From: Campylobacteraceae bacterium
GTDB taxonomy: Bacteria > Campylobacterota > Campylobacteria > Campylobacterales > Arcobacteraceae
DNA length: 42,234 nt
NCBI GenBank assembly: GCA_013215915.1
Contig: JABSON010000003.1
Coordinates: 1-42,234, forward strand
Reading direction: 5' to 3'
Shown: positions 7,858-17,342 of the stretch, piece after piece
Numbering within the stretch: position 1 is the stretch's first letter
Layout of the letters: each line of letters starts with the position of its first letter
The notes under the pieces: model-generated
Told to the model about the DNA's origin: nothing
Databases searched by the model: none
What the model saw: only the letters and a program-made list of their open reading frames with translations
Position numbers and translations under genes: made by a program

Positions 7858-9128
7858 AAAGACAATCAATATTTTTCACAATAACAATAACATTTGTAAT
7901 TTCTTTACTTTTAGTAATAAGTTCGTTTGTGGTTCTATTAATTAATGATTATAAGAATGAATCTTTAAACTTAAAAAAGAAATATTTTCCTATAGTTAAA
8001 ATGATTATTAAATCAAGTAATCATCATAATAGAAATAGAGCTAATAAAGATATTCTCTCTCAGAATTTAGAAGATGTAATTTCATCAATGAATTTAGAGA
8101 TTATTTCAGATGAAGGTTTGCAAAATGCAATTTCATATAATCCCTCATCAAAAGTTCTAATTCAAAGAAAATTCAAAAAATCTATTGCAAGAGTAATATC
8201 TTTAAATGATGTAGTTTATATTTATGTAAAACATAGAGGTGATACATTTTTATTAAAAGATAATGCATCTTCCATAGATAATACAAGAATGTATATTATT
8301 CTAGTATTTTTAGTAATCTTCCTTACGTTAATTATTTCATTTTTAACAACTATTAAAAAACTATATCCAATAGTTATTTTAAAAGATAAAGTAAAAATGT
8401 TAGGAGCTGAACATTTTGATTTTGAATGTTGTAATACAGACAAACAAGATGAAGTATCTCTTTTAGCTAAAGAGTTTAAAAACTCAGCAGATAAATTAAA
8501 ACAAATTAAAGAAGCTAGAAATATTTTCATTAGAAATATTATGCACGAACTTAAAACTCCAATTACTAAAGGTAAGTTTTTAGGTGAATTAGAACATACA
8601 GAAGAAAATGATGAAAAAATGAAATCTGTATTTTCTAGGCTTGAACTTTTAATTAATGAATTTTCAGCAATTGAAGAACTAATTTCTTCAACTGTTAATA
8701 TTGAAAAGAATGAATATTTTTTAAATGATATTATTGATAACTCATCTGATATGCTTTTATTAGAAGATAATAATATTATCAACTCATCTTATAATTTTAA
8801 ACTTTTAATAAACTACAAATTATTTTGTGTGGCAGTTAAGAATTTAATTGATAATGCAGTTAAGTATTCTCCTAATTCACAAGTTGAAATTAAATCTAAT
8901 TCAAATAATGAAATTATGTTTATAAATGAAGGTCCTAAGTTACTTCATCCACTTGAGAGTTATTTTGAACCATTTTTTGCAAACGAAGATAAAAGTAAAG
9001 ATGGATTTGGTTTAGGATTATATATTACTAATTCAATTCTAAAAGCTAATTCATCTTTTTTAGAATACAAATATGAAAATAATAAAAATATATTTACAAT
9101 AGTTTATACGAATACAAAGGATACGTGA
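7854..9128 (+). CDS. Sensor histidine kinase (two TM segments, periplasmic loop)
   Basis: H-box MHELKTPIT, N-box DNAVKYS, G-box GFGLGLYI, and TM helices near residues 10-30 and 147-167. ATGA overlap with the response regulator gene. Confidence 0.9.
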   Translation: MKRQSIFFTITITFVISLLLVISSFVVLLINDYKNESLNLKKKYFPIVKMIIKSSNHHNRNRANKDILSQNLEDVISSMNLEIISDEGLQNAISYNPSSKVLIQRKFKKSIARVISLNDVVYIYVKHRGDTFLLKDNASSIDNTRMYIILVFLVIFLTLIISFLTTIKKLYPIVILKDKVKMLGAEHFDFECCNTDKQDEVSLLAKEFKNSADKLKQIKEARNIFIRNIMHELKTPITKGKFLGELEHTEENDEKMKSVFSRLELLINEFSAIEELISSTVNIEKNEYFLNDIIDNSSDMLLLEDNNIINSSYNFKLLINYKLFCVAVKNLIDNAVKYSPNSQVEIKSNSNNEIMFINEGPKLLHPLESYFEPFFANEDKSKDGFGLGLYITNSILKANSSFLEYKYENNKNIFTIVYTNTKDT

Positions 9129-10270
9129 TTTACGATATAGTTATAATTGGAGCGGGAGCTAGTGGGCTTATGTTAGGCTCATTATTAAACAAGAATTTAA
9201 ACACTTGTTTAATAGATACGAATAAAAAAATAGGTGCAAAAATAAAAGTTTCTGGTGGAGCTAAGTGTAATATTACAAATGAAGTAGTTACATCTGATAA
9301 TTATCTAGGTGAAAGTACTTTTGTTCAAAACATTTTAAATCAATTTTCTTCATCTGATATGCTAAAGTTTTGTAAAAAGAATGGCCTTGAAACAGTTTTT
9401 AATGAAAAACTTGTAAAAGGAACTTATTTTTGTAAAAGCTCAAATGATGTAAATTCTATGTTTGCACATTTAAACTCACATAATAGAACTTTTTTAAATA
9501 CTGAAGTTTTAGATATAGAATATAAAAATCATTATATTATTAAAACATCTAATCAAACAATTGAAGCTAAAAAAATAGTAATTGCTTCTGGAGCTATTAG
9601 TTTTCGTACTCTTGGAGCTTCTTCTATTGCTTTTGATATAGCAGAAAAATTCTCACATAAAGTTTCACGATTAGATCCCGCACTTGTAGGATTTACTGTT
9701 CAAAAAGATCAGTTTTGGTTTAAAGAATTATCAGGTGTATCATTAGAAGTAAGAGCAAAAGTAGAACATAAAGAATTTTTAGGTGGAATGTTATTCGCAC
9801 ATAAAGGTCTTACTGGTCCTATTATTTTAAACTCTTCTTTATATTGGAAAAAAGGTTTGATGCATTTAGACTTTTTACCACATAATGATTTAAAACCATT
9901 TTTTAAATCTAATAAAAAAATATCTTCAGCACTTCCTTTAGTGAAAAGATTTATTGTAGCATTTTTAGAATCTGTTAATTTAGAAGATAAAGCTATTTCT
10001 TCTTTAAATGAAGAAGAAAAAGAAAAACTATATTTACTTAAACATTATGCTTTTGCACCTGCTGGTAATTTCGGATATACAAAAGCAGAAGTTACAAAAG
10101 GTGGAATTTTAACCGAACAAATCAATGATGAAACAATGATGAGTAAAATACAAAAAGATATGTATTTTATTGGAGAGTGTTTAGACGTTACTGGTGAACT
10201 AGGTGGATTTAACTTTCAGTTTGCATGGTCTAGTGCATTTGTTTGTGCGAAAAGTTTAAATAAAAACTAG
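9125..10270 (+). CDS. HI0933/BaiN-family NAD(P)/FAD-dependent oxidoreductase
   Basis: N-terminal dinucleotide-binding motif DIVIIGAGASGLM, followed by KVSGGAKCNITN and the C-terminal GECLDVTGELGGFNFQFAWSS motif typical of this family. GTG start overlaps the kinase stop. Confidence 0.8.
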   Translation: MIYDIVIIGAGASGLMLGSLLNKNLNTCLIDTNKKIGAKIKVSGGAKCNITNEVVTSDNYLGESTFVQNILNQFSSSDMLKFCKKNGLETVFNEKLVKGTYFCKSSNDVNSMFAHLNSHNRTFLNTEVLDIEYKNHYIIKTSNQTIEAKKIVIASGAISFRTLGASSIAFDIAEKFSHKVSRLDPALVGFTVQKDQFWFKELSGVSLEVRAKVEHKEFLGGMLFAHKGLTGPIILNSSLYWKKGLMHLDFLPHNDLKPFFKSNKKISSALPLVKRFIVAFLESVNLEDKAISSLNEEEKEKLYLLKHYAFAPAGNFGYTKAEVTKGGILTEQINDETMMSKIQKDMYFIGECLDVTGELGGFNFQFAWSSAFVCAKSLNKN

Positions 10271-10311
10271 AAATTAGATATAATTTCAGAAATACATATA
10301 TAGGATAAAGA

Positions 10312-11124
10312 TTGAGAATTGCATTTATAGGTGATATTGTTGGTAAACCTGGTAGAAAAATAATTGAACAAAATTTACAAAGATTAAGAGACGAACATAA
10401 AATTGATTTTGTTATAGCAAATGGTGAGAATGCTTCTCACGGTTTTGGTCTAACTGTTAAAAATGCAAATGAATTATTTAAAGTTGGTATTGATGTAATC
10501 ACTGGTGGTAATCATTCTTTTGATAAAAAACAAGATATGTTTGCACTATTAGAAGGTTCAAATGTTTTAAGACCTGATAATTATCCTCCTGGATTAGTAG
10601 GTGAGGGTATTAAAACTTTTGAAGTTAATGGTGAAAAACTTACTATTATAAATCTTATGGGTACTTACTGTATGCCTTTTTGTGAAAATCCTTTTAACTG
10701 GGCTACACGTTTAGTTGAAGACTTAGAAGAAAAAGGTATTAAAAATATTTTTATTGATTTTCATGCAGAAGCTACAAGTGAAAAAAGAGTTATGATGAAA
10801 ATGTTTGAAGGAAGAGTATCTGGAATTTGTGGAACTCATACTCATGTAGGAACTGATGATCTTCAAATAGCTAATGGTACTACATACTTAAGTGATATAG
10901 GTCTTACAGGATGTAGAGACAATGTTATTGGAATGGATAAAAAAGTTCCTATAATGAAAGCTACAACAGGATTAGGTGGACATTTTGATATTCCAAAAAC
11001 TTGTAAATCTATACTTCAAATTTTAGTTATGGATTATGAAGATGGAAAATCTGTAGATGCATTTAAAATTAAGTTTTTATCTCATTCTAATGAAACAATT
11101 ATTACGAAAGCTATGATTGAATAG
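10312..11124 (+). CDS. YmdB-family metallophosphoesterase (2',3'-cyclic-nucleotide phosphodiesterase-like)
   Basis: MRIAFIGDIVGKPGR..., ANGENASHGFG, GGNHSFD, DFHAEATSEK and GTHTHV match the TIGR00282/YmdB motif series. Confidence 0.85.
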   Translation: MRIAFIGDIVGKPGRKIIEQNLQRLRDEHKIDFVIANGENASHGFGLTVKNANELFKVGIDVITGGNHSFDKKQDMFALLEGSNVLRPDNYPPGLVGEGIKTFEVNGEKLTIINLMGTYCMPFCENPFNWATRLVEDLEEKGIKNIFIDFHAEATSEKRVMMKMFEGRVSGICGTHTHVGTDDLQIANGTTYLSDIGLTGCRDNVIGMDKKVPIMKATTGLGGHFDIPKTCKSILQILVMDYEDGKSVDAFKIKFLSHSNETIITKAMIE

Positions 11125-11752
11125 TATTTCAAATTCATATGATTTATTTATCTTTTTAAAAGATTTAAATCTTATTGAATCGCAGCCACTTAATTGGTGG
11201 CCTGCAAATAGCGAGCTTGAAATATTATTAGGCTCAATTCTAACTCAAAATACTAAATGGGAAAATGCCCAAAAATCTTTAAAAAACTTAGAAAAGTCAA
11301 ATCTTTTATCTTTAGAAGAACTCTCATGTGTAGATCTAGAAATACTAACTATTTTAATCACTCCAAGTGGATTTAAAAATCAAAAAGCAAAACGAATAAA
11401 ACTCTTAGCTAAAAACATAATTGAAGAGTTTGGTGACTTTGAAAACTTCTGCTTGAATGTATCAAGGAATTGGATATTAGAGCAAAAAGGAATAGGACCA
11501 GAAACTGCTGATGCAATTATGTGCTACTGTATTCATTCTGATGAAATGGTAGTAGATTCATATACAAATAGACTTCTTAAAAAGTTTGGATATGAATTTG
11601 AATCTTATGATGATTTAAAATCATGGTTAGAATATGGAATTAATGAAAATTTTGATAAAATAAAAAAAATTTACACAAATGAAATTAGCTTAAATACAAT
11701 TTATTGTAGGTTTCATGGAAAAATTGTTGAGTATATGAAAAACAATAAGTAA
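11117..11752 (+). CDS. HhH-GPD superfamily DNA glycosylase without an Fe-S cluster (MagIII-like 3-methyladenine glycosylase)
   Basis: LLGSILTQNTKWENA, PSGFKNQKAKRI, the helix-hairpin-helix GIGPETADAIMCY and C-terminal RFHGKIVEY. No Cys-x6-C-x2-C-x5-C cluster is present. The resemblance to H. pylori MagIII is from memory, not from a search. Confidence 0.7.
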   Translation: MNSISNSYDLFIFLKDLNLIESQPLNWWPANSELEILLGSILTQNTKWENAQKSLKNLEKSNLLSLEELSCVDLEILTILITPSGFKNQKAKRIKLLAKNIIEEFGDFENFCLNVSRNWILEQKGIGPETADAIMCYCIHSDEMVVDSYTNRLLKKFGYEFESYDDLKSWLEYGINENFDKIKKIYTNEISLNTIYCRFHGKIVEYMKNNK

Positions 11753-11782
11753 ATATGAATATTCAATTAAAAGGTTAGAATT

Positions 11783-12574
11783 TTGATAATTATTCCTCAA
11801 ACAAAAGGTGGCGTTGGTAAATCAACAGTTGCTATGCAAATAATTGCACCTTATTTATATAAAAAACATGGTAAAAAAATTACTTATATTGAAATTGATG
11901 ATGAAAATAATGATTCAAATTCATTTACAAGAACTGGTATTGTTAATAAAAGAATGTTAGGTACAAATAGAATTTCTGAACTTGATGAATTAATTCTAAT
12001 GGATGATAATCATGAAGTTATTGTTGATGTTGGTGGAAATAAAACATCATCTTTAGTTTTAGATGAAATTAAAAAAGTTGGATCTTTTGGGAATATTAAG
12101 TGGATTATTCCTTTAGGTGATGGTGAACTTGATGGTAAAAATGCAATTGCAACTATGAAAAAAATTAGAAAAATTGAAGATAATTCAGAAGATAATATAA
12201 TTTTTGCATTAAATAGAGCAATTTCAATGGAAGATGATTATATCAATGAACAATTTATTAACTTTTTTGGACATAAGTATTTAGAATCAAATTCTGTTAT
12301 TTGTGATTTTGTAAAAGATCCAAATTATTTTACAGTTAAAAATGATAAAGTAATTACTATGAGTAGATACTTAGGTTCTACAGTTTGGGAAATGGCTTAT
12401 AATAATACTGATTTTGCAAAAAAAGCAGTTGCAGCTAAAGAAATGGGTGATATTGAAATGGCTAGAAAGTATCTATTTTTTAGACGAATTCAAACAGAAT
12501 CAAAAGATTATGTTTTAAACGTATTAAATAAAATCTTTTGTGATTTAGATAGATGGATTGATATAAAAAAATGA
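11783..12574 (+). CDS. Orphan ParA/MinD-superfamily P-loop ATPase (deviant Walker A)
   Basis: Deviant Walker A TKGGVGKST at residues 7-15, an A'/switch-like YIEIDDENND, and a Walker-B-like VIVDVGGNKTS. The overall layout resembles plasmid TraL/ParA-like proteins. TTG start follows an AAAAGG SD. Confidence 0.7.
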   Translation: MIIIPQTKGGVGKSTVAMQIIAPYLYKKHGKKITYIEIDDENNDSNSFTRTGIVNKRMLGTNRISELDELILMDDNHEVIVDVGGNKTSSLVLDEIKKVGSFGNIKWIIPLGDGELDGKNAIATMKKIRKIEDNSEDNIIFALNRAISMEDDYINEQFINFFGHKYLESNSVICDFVKDPNYFTVKNDKVITMSRYLGSTVWEMAYNNTDFAKKAVAAKEMGDIEMARKYLFFRRIQTESKDYVLNVLNKIFCDLDRWIDIKK

Positions 12575-12819
12575 GTGAAATGAGTTTTAAACAAGCAAAG
12601 GAAATAGTTGAAAGACTAGAATTTACTGAGCTTACATTAAAAAAAACTTTAGCAAATATACATAAATCATCTAAAACTTTAGATAGATCTTTAGAAAAAC
12701 AAAATCAAATAATGGATAATTTTCCTCAATCTGATAAAAGAATTAACAACTTAAAACTTTTAGTAGTTTTAAACGTTGGATTTATTTTAGGTTTATTAGT
12801 ATCAAAATTATTCTTCTAA
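12571..12819 (+). CDS. Small tail-anchored coiled-coil protein (hypothetical), translationally coupled to the ParA-like gene
   Basis: 82 aa. The N-terminal 55 residues are charged and helical. There is a single C-terminal TM (LKLLVVLNVGFILGLLVSKLFF). ATGA start/stop overlap with the upstream gene. Confidence 0.55.
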   Translation: MSEMSFKQAKEIVERLEFTELTLKKTLANIHKSSKTLDRSLEKQNQIMDNFPQSDKRINNLKLLVVLNVGFILGLLVSKLFF

Positions 12820-12841
12820 AAAAATAGAAATAGGAAAGAAA

Positions 12842-13552
12842 ATGGGTAAACAAGAAAAAATTGTATCAATGTTTGACGAGATTGCAGGAACTTATGATAT
12901 TACAAATAGAGTTATAAGTATGGGTATTGATAAGTCTTGGAGAAACAAAGCTTGTAATTTAGCATATAGTTTTTATGAGAAAAAAACTATTCCTAAAATT
13001 GTAGATGTTGCTTGTGGAACAGGTGATATGATTACTTATTGGAAAAAAAATGCAAAAGAAAATGCAATTAATTTAGAAAACATTATTGGTATAGATCCTA
13101 GTGTTGGAATGATGGAAGTTGCTCGAAAAAAACTACCAGAAGTTGAGTTTATTGAATCTGGTGCTGCTTCTATGCCTTTAGAAGATGAGTCTGCTGACAT
13201 TATTTCTATTTCTTATGGAATTAGAAATGTAGTTCAAAGACAAGAAGCATTTAATGAATTTGCAAGAGTTCTTAAAAAAGATGGTTTAGTTGTTATTTTA
13301 GAATTCACTAAAAATGAAAAAAGAAATCCTTTAGATTATATAACTGATTTTTACATGACTAAAATTATGCCAAAACTTGGAGCTTTAATTTCAAAAAACA
13401 AAGAAGCTTATACTTATTTACCTAATTCAATTGATGAGTTTTTAACTCAAGATAATTTAAGTAAAGAATTAAAAGAAGCAGGATTAGAACCTATTTATGT
13501 AAAAGGTTTTTCAATGAATATTTCAACTTTATTCATTGCTCGTAAGATATAA
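12842..13552 (+). CDS. ubiE: Demethylmenaquinone / ubiquinone C-methyltransferase
   Basis: FDEIAGTYDITNRVISMGIDKSWR (UbiE/MenG N-terminal signature), SAM motif I VDVACGTGD, and ISISYGIRNV. Confidence 0.85.
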   Translation: MGKQEKIVSMFDEIAGTYDITNRVISMGIDKSWRNKACNLAYSFYEKKTIPKIVDVACGTGDMITYWKKNAKENAINLENIIGIDPSVGMMEVARKKLPEVEFIESGAASMPLEDESADIISISYGIRNVVQRQEAFNEFARVLKKDGLVVILEFTKNEKRNPLDYITDFYMTKIMPKLGALISKNKEAYTYLPNSIDEFLTQDNLSKELKEAGLEPIYVKGFSMNISTLFIARKI

Positions 13553-13575
13553 GTAGATATTTTACAAATATATTT

Positions 13576-13608
13576 AAAAGAATAGTTTTTTAACTATTCT
13601 TTTTTTTT
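13576..13608 (+). terminator. Rho-independent terminator after ubiE
   Basis: AAAAGAATAGTT (13576-13587), loop TTTT, AACTATTCTTTT (13592-13603), followed by a T-run to 13608. Confidence 0.7.
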
Positions 13609-13708
13609 AACTTCAAAATATATCTTCAATATCTTTCACTCGTATATCAAATAATTAAAAAATACTATAGAATATATTCAAAAAAATATTCATACTCTAA
13701 GGAAAAAA

Positions 13709-14893
13709 ATGAATGCTTTAAGCGTCTCAACTTTAAATAATCAAATCAAATCTTTACTTGAAACTACTTTTATGGGAGCTTATGTTGAAGGAGAGATATC
13801 GAACTTAACATACCATGCTTCTGGACATATATATTTTTCAATAAAAGATGAATCCTCATCAATCTCTTGTGTTATGTTTAAAGGAAATGCTAGATATTTA
13901 AAATTCAATCTTGAAATGGGAATGAAAGTTTTAATATCTGGAAGTATTTCAGTATATACTCCAAGAGGTTCTTATCAATTAATGTGTACAAAAGTTGAAC
14001 CTTCAGGTCAGGGTGCTTTAGCTCTAGCTTATGAACAATTAAAAAACAAACTACAATTAAAAGGATATTTTGAAACAAGTATTAAAAAAACTTTACCTAA
14101 GTATCCTAAAAAAGTGGCCCTTGTAACATCAGGAACAGGAGCTGCTATTGAAGATATGAAAAAAGTTGCTATTCACAGATGGCCTTTAGTTGAATTTATT
14201 TTAATACCTACTTTAGTTCAAGGAGAAGCAGCAGCTTCTGATATTGTACAAGGAATTAAAATAGCTGATAAATTAGCTTGTGATGTAATAGTTGTAGGAC
14301 GTGGTGGAGGAAGTAAAGAAGACTTATGGTCATTTAACGAAGAAATAGTATGTGATGCTATTTATGAAGCAAATACTCCTATAGTTTCAGCTGTGGGACA
14401 TGAAATTGATTATTTGTTATCTGATTTTGTATCTGATGTAAGAGCTGCTACTCCTTCAAATGCAATTGAAATTATATTACCTGATATTAATGAACATAGA
14501 ATGTATTTAGATTCACTAAGAAATGATTTATCTTCAACTTTTAGATATTCTTTAGAGAAAAAAGAAAATGAAATTATTAATTATAAAAAACTATATGAGC
14601 AAAATTCTATTTCTACTAAGTTTACTTTTGTAGAAAGTGAGATAAATATTTTAAAAAATAATTTTCATAAATTTTTTGAACAAATCATTTATAATAAAGA
14701 ATTAGTAAAAGAAAACCTAATGAAAAGTTTTGAAATATCTCATCCTGATAATAAAATTAAAAAGGGTTTTGCCCAAGTTATAAAAGATAAAAAAATAATT
14801 GAATTAGATGATCTTAAAACTTCAGATGAATTTTATTTAGAAAGTGCAAAAAGCCAAGCCTTATGTAAAATTATAAATATGACTAAGATTTAA
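13709..14893 (+). CDS. xseA: Exodeoxyribonuclease VII large subunit
   Basis: N-terminal OB-fold (VEGEISNLTYHASGHIYFSIKD), catalytic core (VVGRGGGSKEDLWSFNEE, VGHEIDYLLSDFVSD.RAATPS) and a C-terminal helical tail. Confidence 0.9.
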   Translation: MNALSVSTLNNQIKSLLETTFMGAYVEGEISNLTYHASGHIYFSIKDESSSISCVMFKGNARYLKFNLEMGMKVLISGSISVYTPRGSYQLMCTKVEPSGQGALALAYEQLKNKLQLKGYFETSIKKTLPKYPKKVALVTSGTGAAIEDMKKVAIHRWPLVEFILIPTLVQGEAAASDIVQGIKIADKLACDVIVVGRGGGSKEDLWSFNEEIVCDAIYEANTPIVSAVGHEIDYLLSDFVSDVRAATPSNAIEIILPDINEHRMYLDSLRNDLSSTFRYSLEKKENEIINYKKLYEQNSISTKFTFVESEINILKNNFHKFFEQIIYNKELVKENLMKSFEISHPDNKIKKGFAQVIKDKKIIELDDLKTSDEFYLESAKSQALCKIINMTKI

Positions 14894-14949
14894 GATAATA
14901 AAGGATAAAATAATTAAAATAAAATTATCTTAACTAAATAGGAATCAAT

Positions 14950-15426
14950 ATGGCAAACGAAGAAATTGTAAACTGGGAAAATACTAGCGAATATATGACA
15001 TTTGTGTTAGGTACAATGAAATACGCAATTGAGTTGCCAAAAATTAGAGAAATTCTTACTTATCCAGAAATTGTTACTATTTTACCAAATACAACTGATT
15101 GGGTAAAAGGTTTAATTAATTTAAGAGGTGAAGTTGTACCTATCTTAGATTTAAGAATTAAATTTGGAACAGGTGAAGTTGAATATAATGAAAATACAGC
15201 TGTAATTGCCGTTATTACTGAAGATAAAAGAATGATTGGTATTGTTGTTGATAAAGTTGACGATGTTCAACGAATTGATACAAGCGTATTAGCTGCTGTT
15301 TCAGAAATGGGTTCTGCTATTCCTTCTCGATATTTAAAAGGTTTTTTAAGACTTAATAATAATGAAATGTTAGTTATTATGGATATTGAAGCTGTTGTTC
15401 ATAAAGAAGAATTACAAAAATCATAA
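14950..15426 (+). CDS. cheW: Chemotaxis coupling protein CheW
   Basis: A 158-aa single CheW domain: YMTFVLGTMKYAIELPKIREI, GLINLRGEVVPILDLR, IGIVVDKVDDV. Confidence 0.85.
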   Translation: MANEEIVNWENTSEYMTFVLGTMKYAIELPKIREILTYPEIVTILPNTTDWVKGLINLRGEVVPILDLRIKFGTGEVEYNENTAVIAVITEDKRMIGIVVDKVDDVQRIDTSVLAAVSEMGSAIPSRYLKGFLRLNNNEMLVIMDIEAVVHKEELQKS

Positions 15427-15441
15427 AAATTAGGTGTAAAA

Positions 15442-16797
15442 ATGGCAATAGATATTTTAAAAAAAATCAACATCTTATATGTTGAAGATGATGATAATAT
15501 TAGAAAAGAGTTAGAAAACCTTTTATCTAAATTGTTTAAAAATGTTTATACTGCAAATAATGGTTTAAATGGTTTAAAAGAATTTAAAAAATATGAAAAT
15601 GAAATTGATATAATTGTTTCAGACATTAATATGCCTGAATTAAATGGTATCGAAATGGTAAAAGCTATTAGACTTAAAAACCCTGATATGCCAATAGTAT
15701 TAACAACTGCATATTCTGATAAAGATTTTTTAACAGATGCAATAAAGATAAAAGTTGATGCTTATATTATTAAACCAATTGATGTAAAAGTACTAATTGA
15801 ATCTTTACAAAAAATCGCACAACATGTATATAATAATACTTTATTAAAGCAGCAAAAACTTGAACTTTCAAACTATAAAGAAGCTTTAGATTCTAATAAT
15901 ATTATTATTAAAACTAATATAGACTTTGAGATATCTTTTGTAAATAAATTATTTGAAATAACAACTTCTTTTACAAATGAAGAATTAAAATCTAAAAGTT
16001 TTTTATCTTTAAAACATTCTGATATTACTTCAGAAGTTTTTGAATTGATTCAAAAGTCAATGAATCTTGATATTTCTTGGAATGGTATAATAAAATATAT
16101 TACAAAAGATGAAAATACTTTTTTTATAGCTGAAACTTATATTATGCCAACTCATGATGAATATGGAAAAACTAATGGTTATTTATGTATTTTAAGTGAT
16201 ATTACAGAAGAACAAAGTAAAAAACGTAATATTCAAATGGCTATGATGAAAGATAAAGGTGATATCTTTTCTAAGTCAAAATCTGATAATGCTGAAAGTT
16301 TTGTAAAAGTTAATGAATTAAGTTCAAAAGTTGAGACTTTTGAAAATGAAATAAGTGAATATAAAAAAAGACATGAAAAGTCAGCTAATCTTATTTTAGA
16401 TTTAAAAACTGAAAAAAAAGTATTATCTAAAGATTTATCTTATTACAAAAAAATAGTTGATTCATCTGAACATTCAACTTCAATGGCTGCAAAAGCGAAT
16501 AAAGATAATGCTGATTTAAAAAGTGTATTAAAAGAGACTGAAGTTGAATTAAAAGAACTTTATATAAGCTCAAGTGAAACTTTAGAAGATCAAAAGAATA
16601 AATATGAGAAAAAATTAAAAAGATTAACTACAGAAGTTAAAATATTTAGAGAAAATATTGGTAATGTTGATCTTAATAATGAAAAAATTATTTATTGGAA
16701 AGAAAAAGCAAAAAGTGAAGCTATGAGAGTTGCAGCAATTGAGAAAAAGATTATTGAAACAAAAGATGAATCTTTTCTAAAAAGAATCTTTAACTAA
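15442..16797 (+). CDS. Response-regulator receiver - PAS - long coiled-coil protein (no recognisable output domain)
   Basis: REC domain: ILYVEDDDNIR, DIIVSDINMPELNG, TTAYSD, IIKP. PAS-like core about residues 150-260: FVNKLFEITTSFTNEELKSKSF...WNGIIKYITKDENTFFIAETYIMPTHDEYGKTNGYLCILSDITEE. About 190 C-terminal residues are heptad-like and K/E-rich. Confidence 0.75.
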   Translation: MAIDILKKINILYVEDDDNIRKELENLLSKLFKNVYTANNGLNGLKEFKKYENEIDIIVSDINMPELNGIEMVKAIRLKNPDMPIVLTTAYSDKDFLTDAIKIKVDAYIIKPIDVKVLIESLQKIAQHVYNNTLLKQQKLELSNYKEALDSNNIIIKTNIDFEISFVNKLFEITTSFTNEELKSKSFLSLKHSDITSEVFELIQKSMNLDISWNGIIKYITKDENTFFIAETYIMPTHDEYGKTNGYLCILSDITEEQSKKRNIQMAMMKDKGDIFSKSKSDNAESFVKVNELSSKVETFENEISEYKKRHEKSANLILDLKTEKKVLSKDLSYYKKIVDSSEHSTSMAAKANKDNADLKSVLKETEVELKELYISSSETLEDQKNKYEKKLKRLTTEVKIFRENIGNVDLNNEKIIYWKEKAKSEAMRVAAIEKKIIETKDESFLKRIFN

Positions 16798-16801
16798 TAT
16801 T

Positions 16802-16834
16802 CTATTAAATAAAAGTTTAACTTTTATTTAATAG
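16802..16834. terminator. Bidirectional hairpin (perfect 15-bp inverted repeat) between convergent genes
   Basis: CTATTAAATAAAAGT (16802-16816), loop TTA, ACTTTTATTTAATAG (16820-16834). It overlaps the stop codon of the minus-strand PPIase gene. Confidence 0.6.
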
Positions 16835-17342
16835 TGATTTTTATAATTTTTTGATTAATTTCAGGTTTACCTTGTCTATTAGCTCTTACATTTTCTAACT
16901 TTTTAACAATCTTCATTCCTTTTGTAACATAACCAAAAATTGTATGTTTACCATTCAACCAGTATGTTGGAACTGTTGTTATAAAAAACTGTGAACCATT
17001 AGTATTTCTACCAGCATTAGCCATAGCTAAAATTCCAGGCTTATCAAATACTGCATTAGGTGAGAATTCATCTTTGAATTTTTTACCCCAAATTGACTCT
17101 CCTCCTCTACCAGTTCCAGTTGGATCTCCACCTTGAATCATAAAGTTCTTAAGAATACGGTGAAATATTAAACCATCATAATAACCAGCTTTTGAGTGAG
17201 TAACAAAGTTCTCAACAGCAAGAGGTGCTAAATCTGCTCTTAATTCAATTTCAATTGTACCTTGAGTTGTTTTCATTACAGCAATTGGATTAGCTGCAAA
17301 TAACATGATTGAAGTACTTATTAGTAATAAAAGTTTTTTCAT
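16824..17342 (-). CDS. Periplasmic cyclophilin-type peptidyl-prolyl cis-trans isomerase
   Basis: Signal peptide plus cyclophilin signatures: YYDGLIFHRILKNFMIQGGDP, GILAMANAGRNTNGSQFFIT, LNGKHTIFG. Confidence 0.9.
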   Translation of the reverse strand: MKKLLLLISTSIMLFAANPIAVMKTTQGTIEIELRADLAPLAVENFVTHSKAGYYDGLIFHRILKNFMIQGGDPTGTGRGGESIWGKKFKDEFSPNAVFDKPGILAMANAGRNTNGSQFFITTVPTYWLNGKHTIFGYVTKGMKIVKKLENVRANRQGKPEINQKIIKITIK

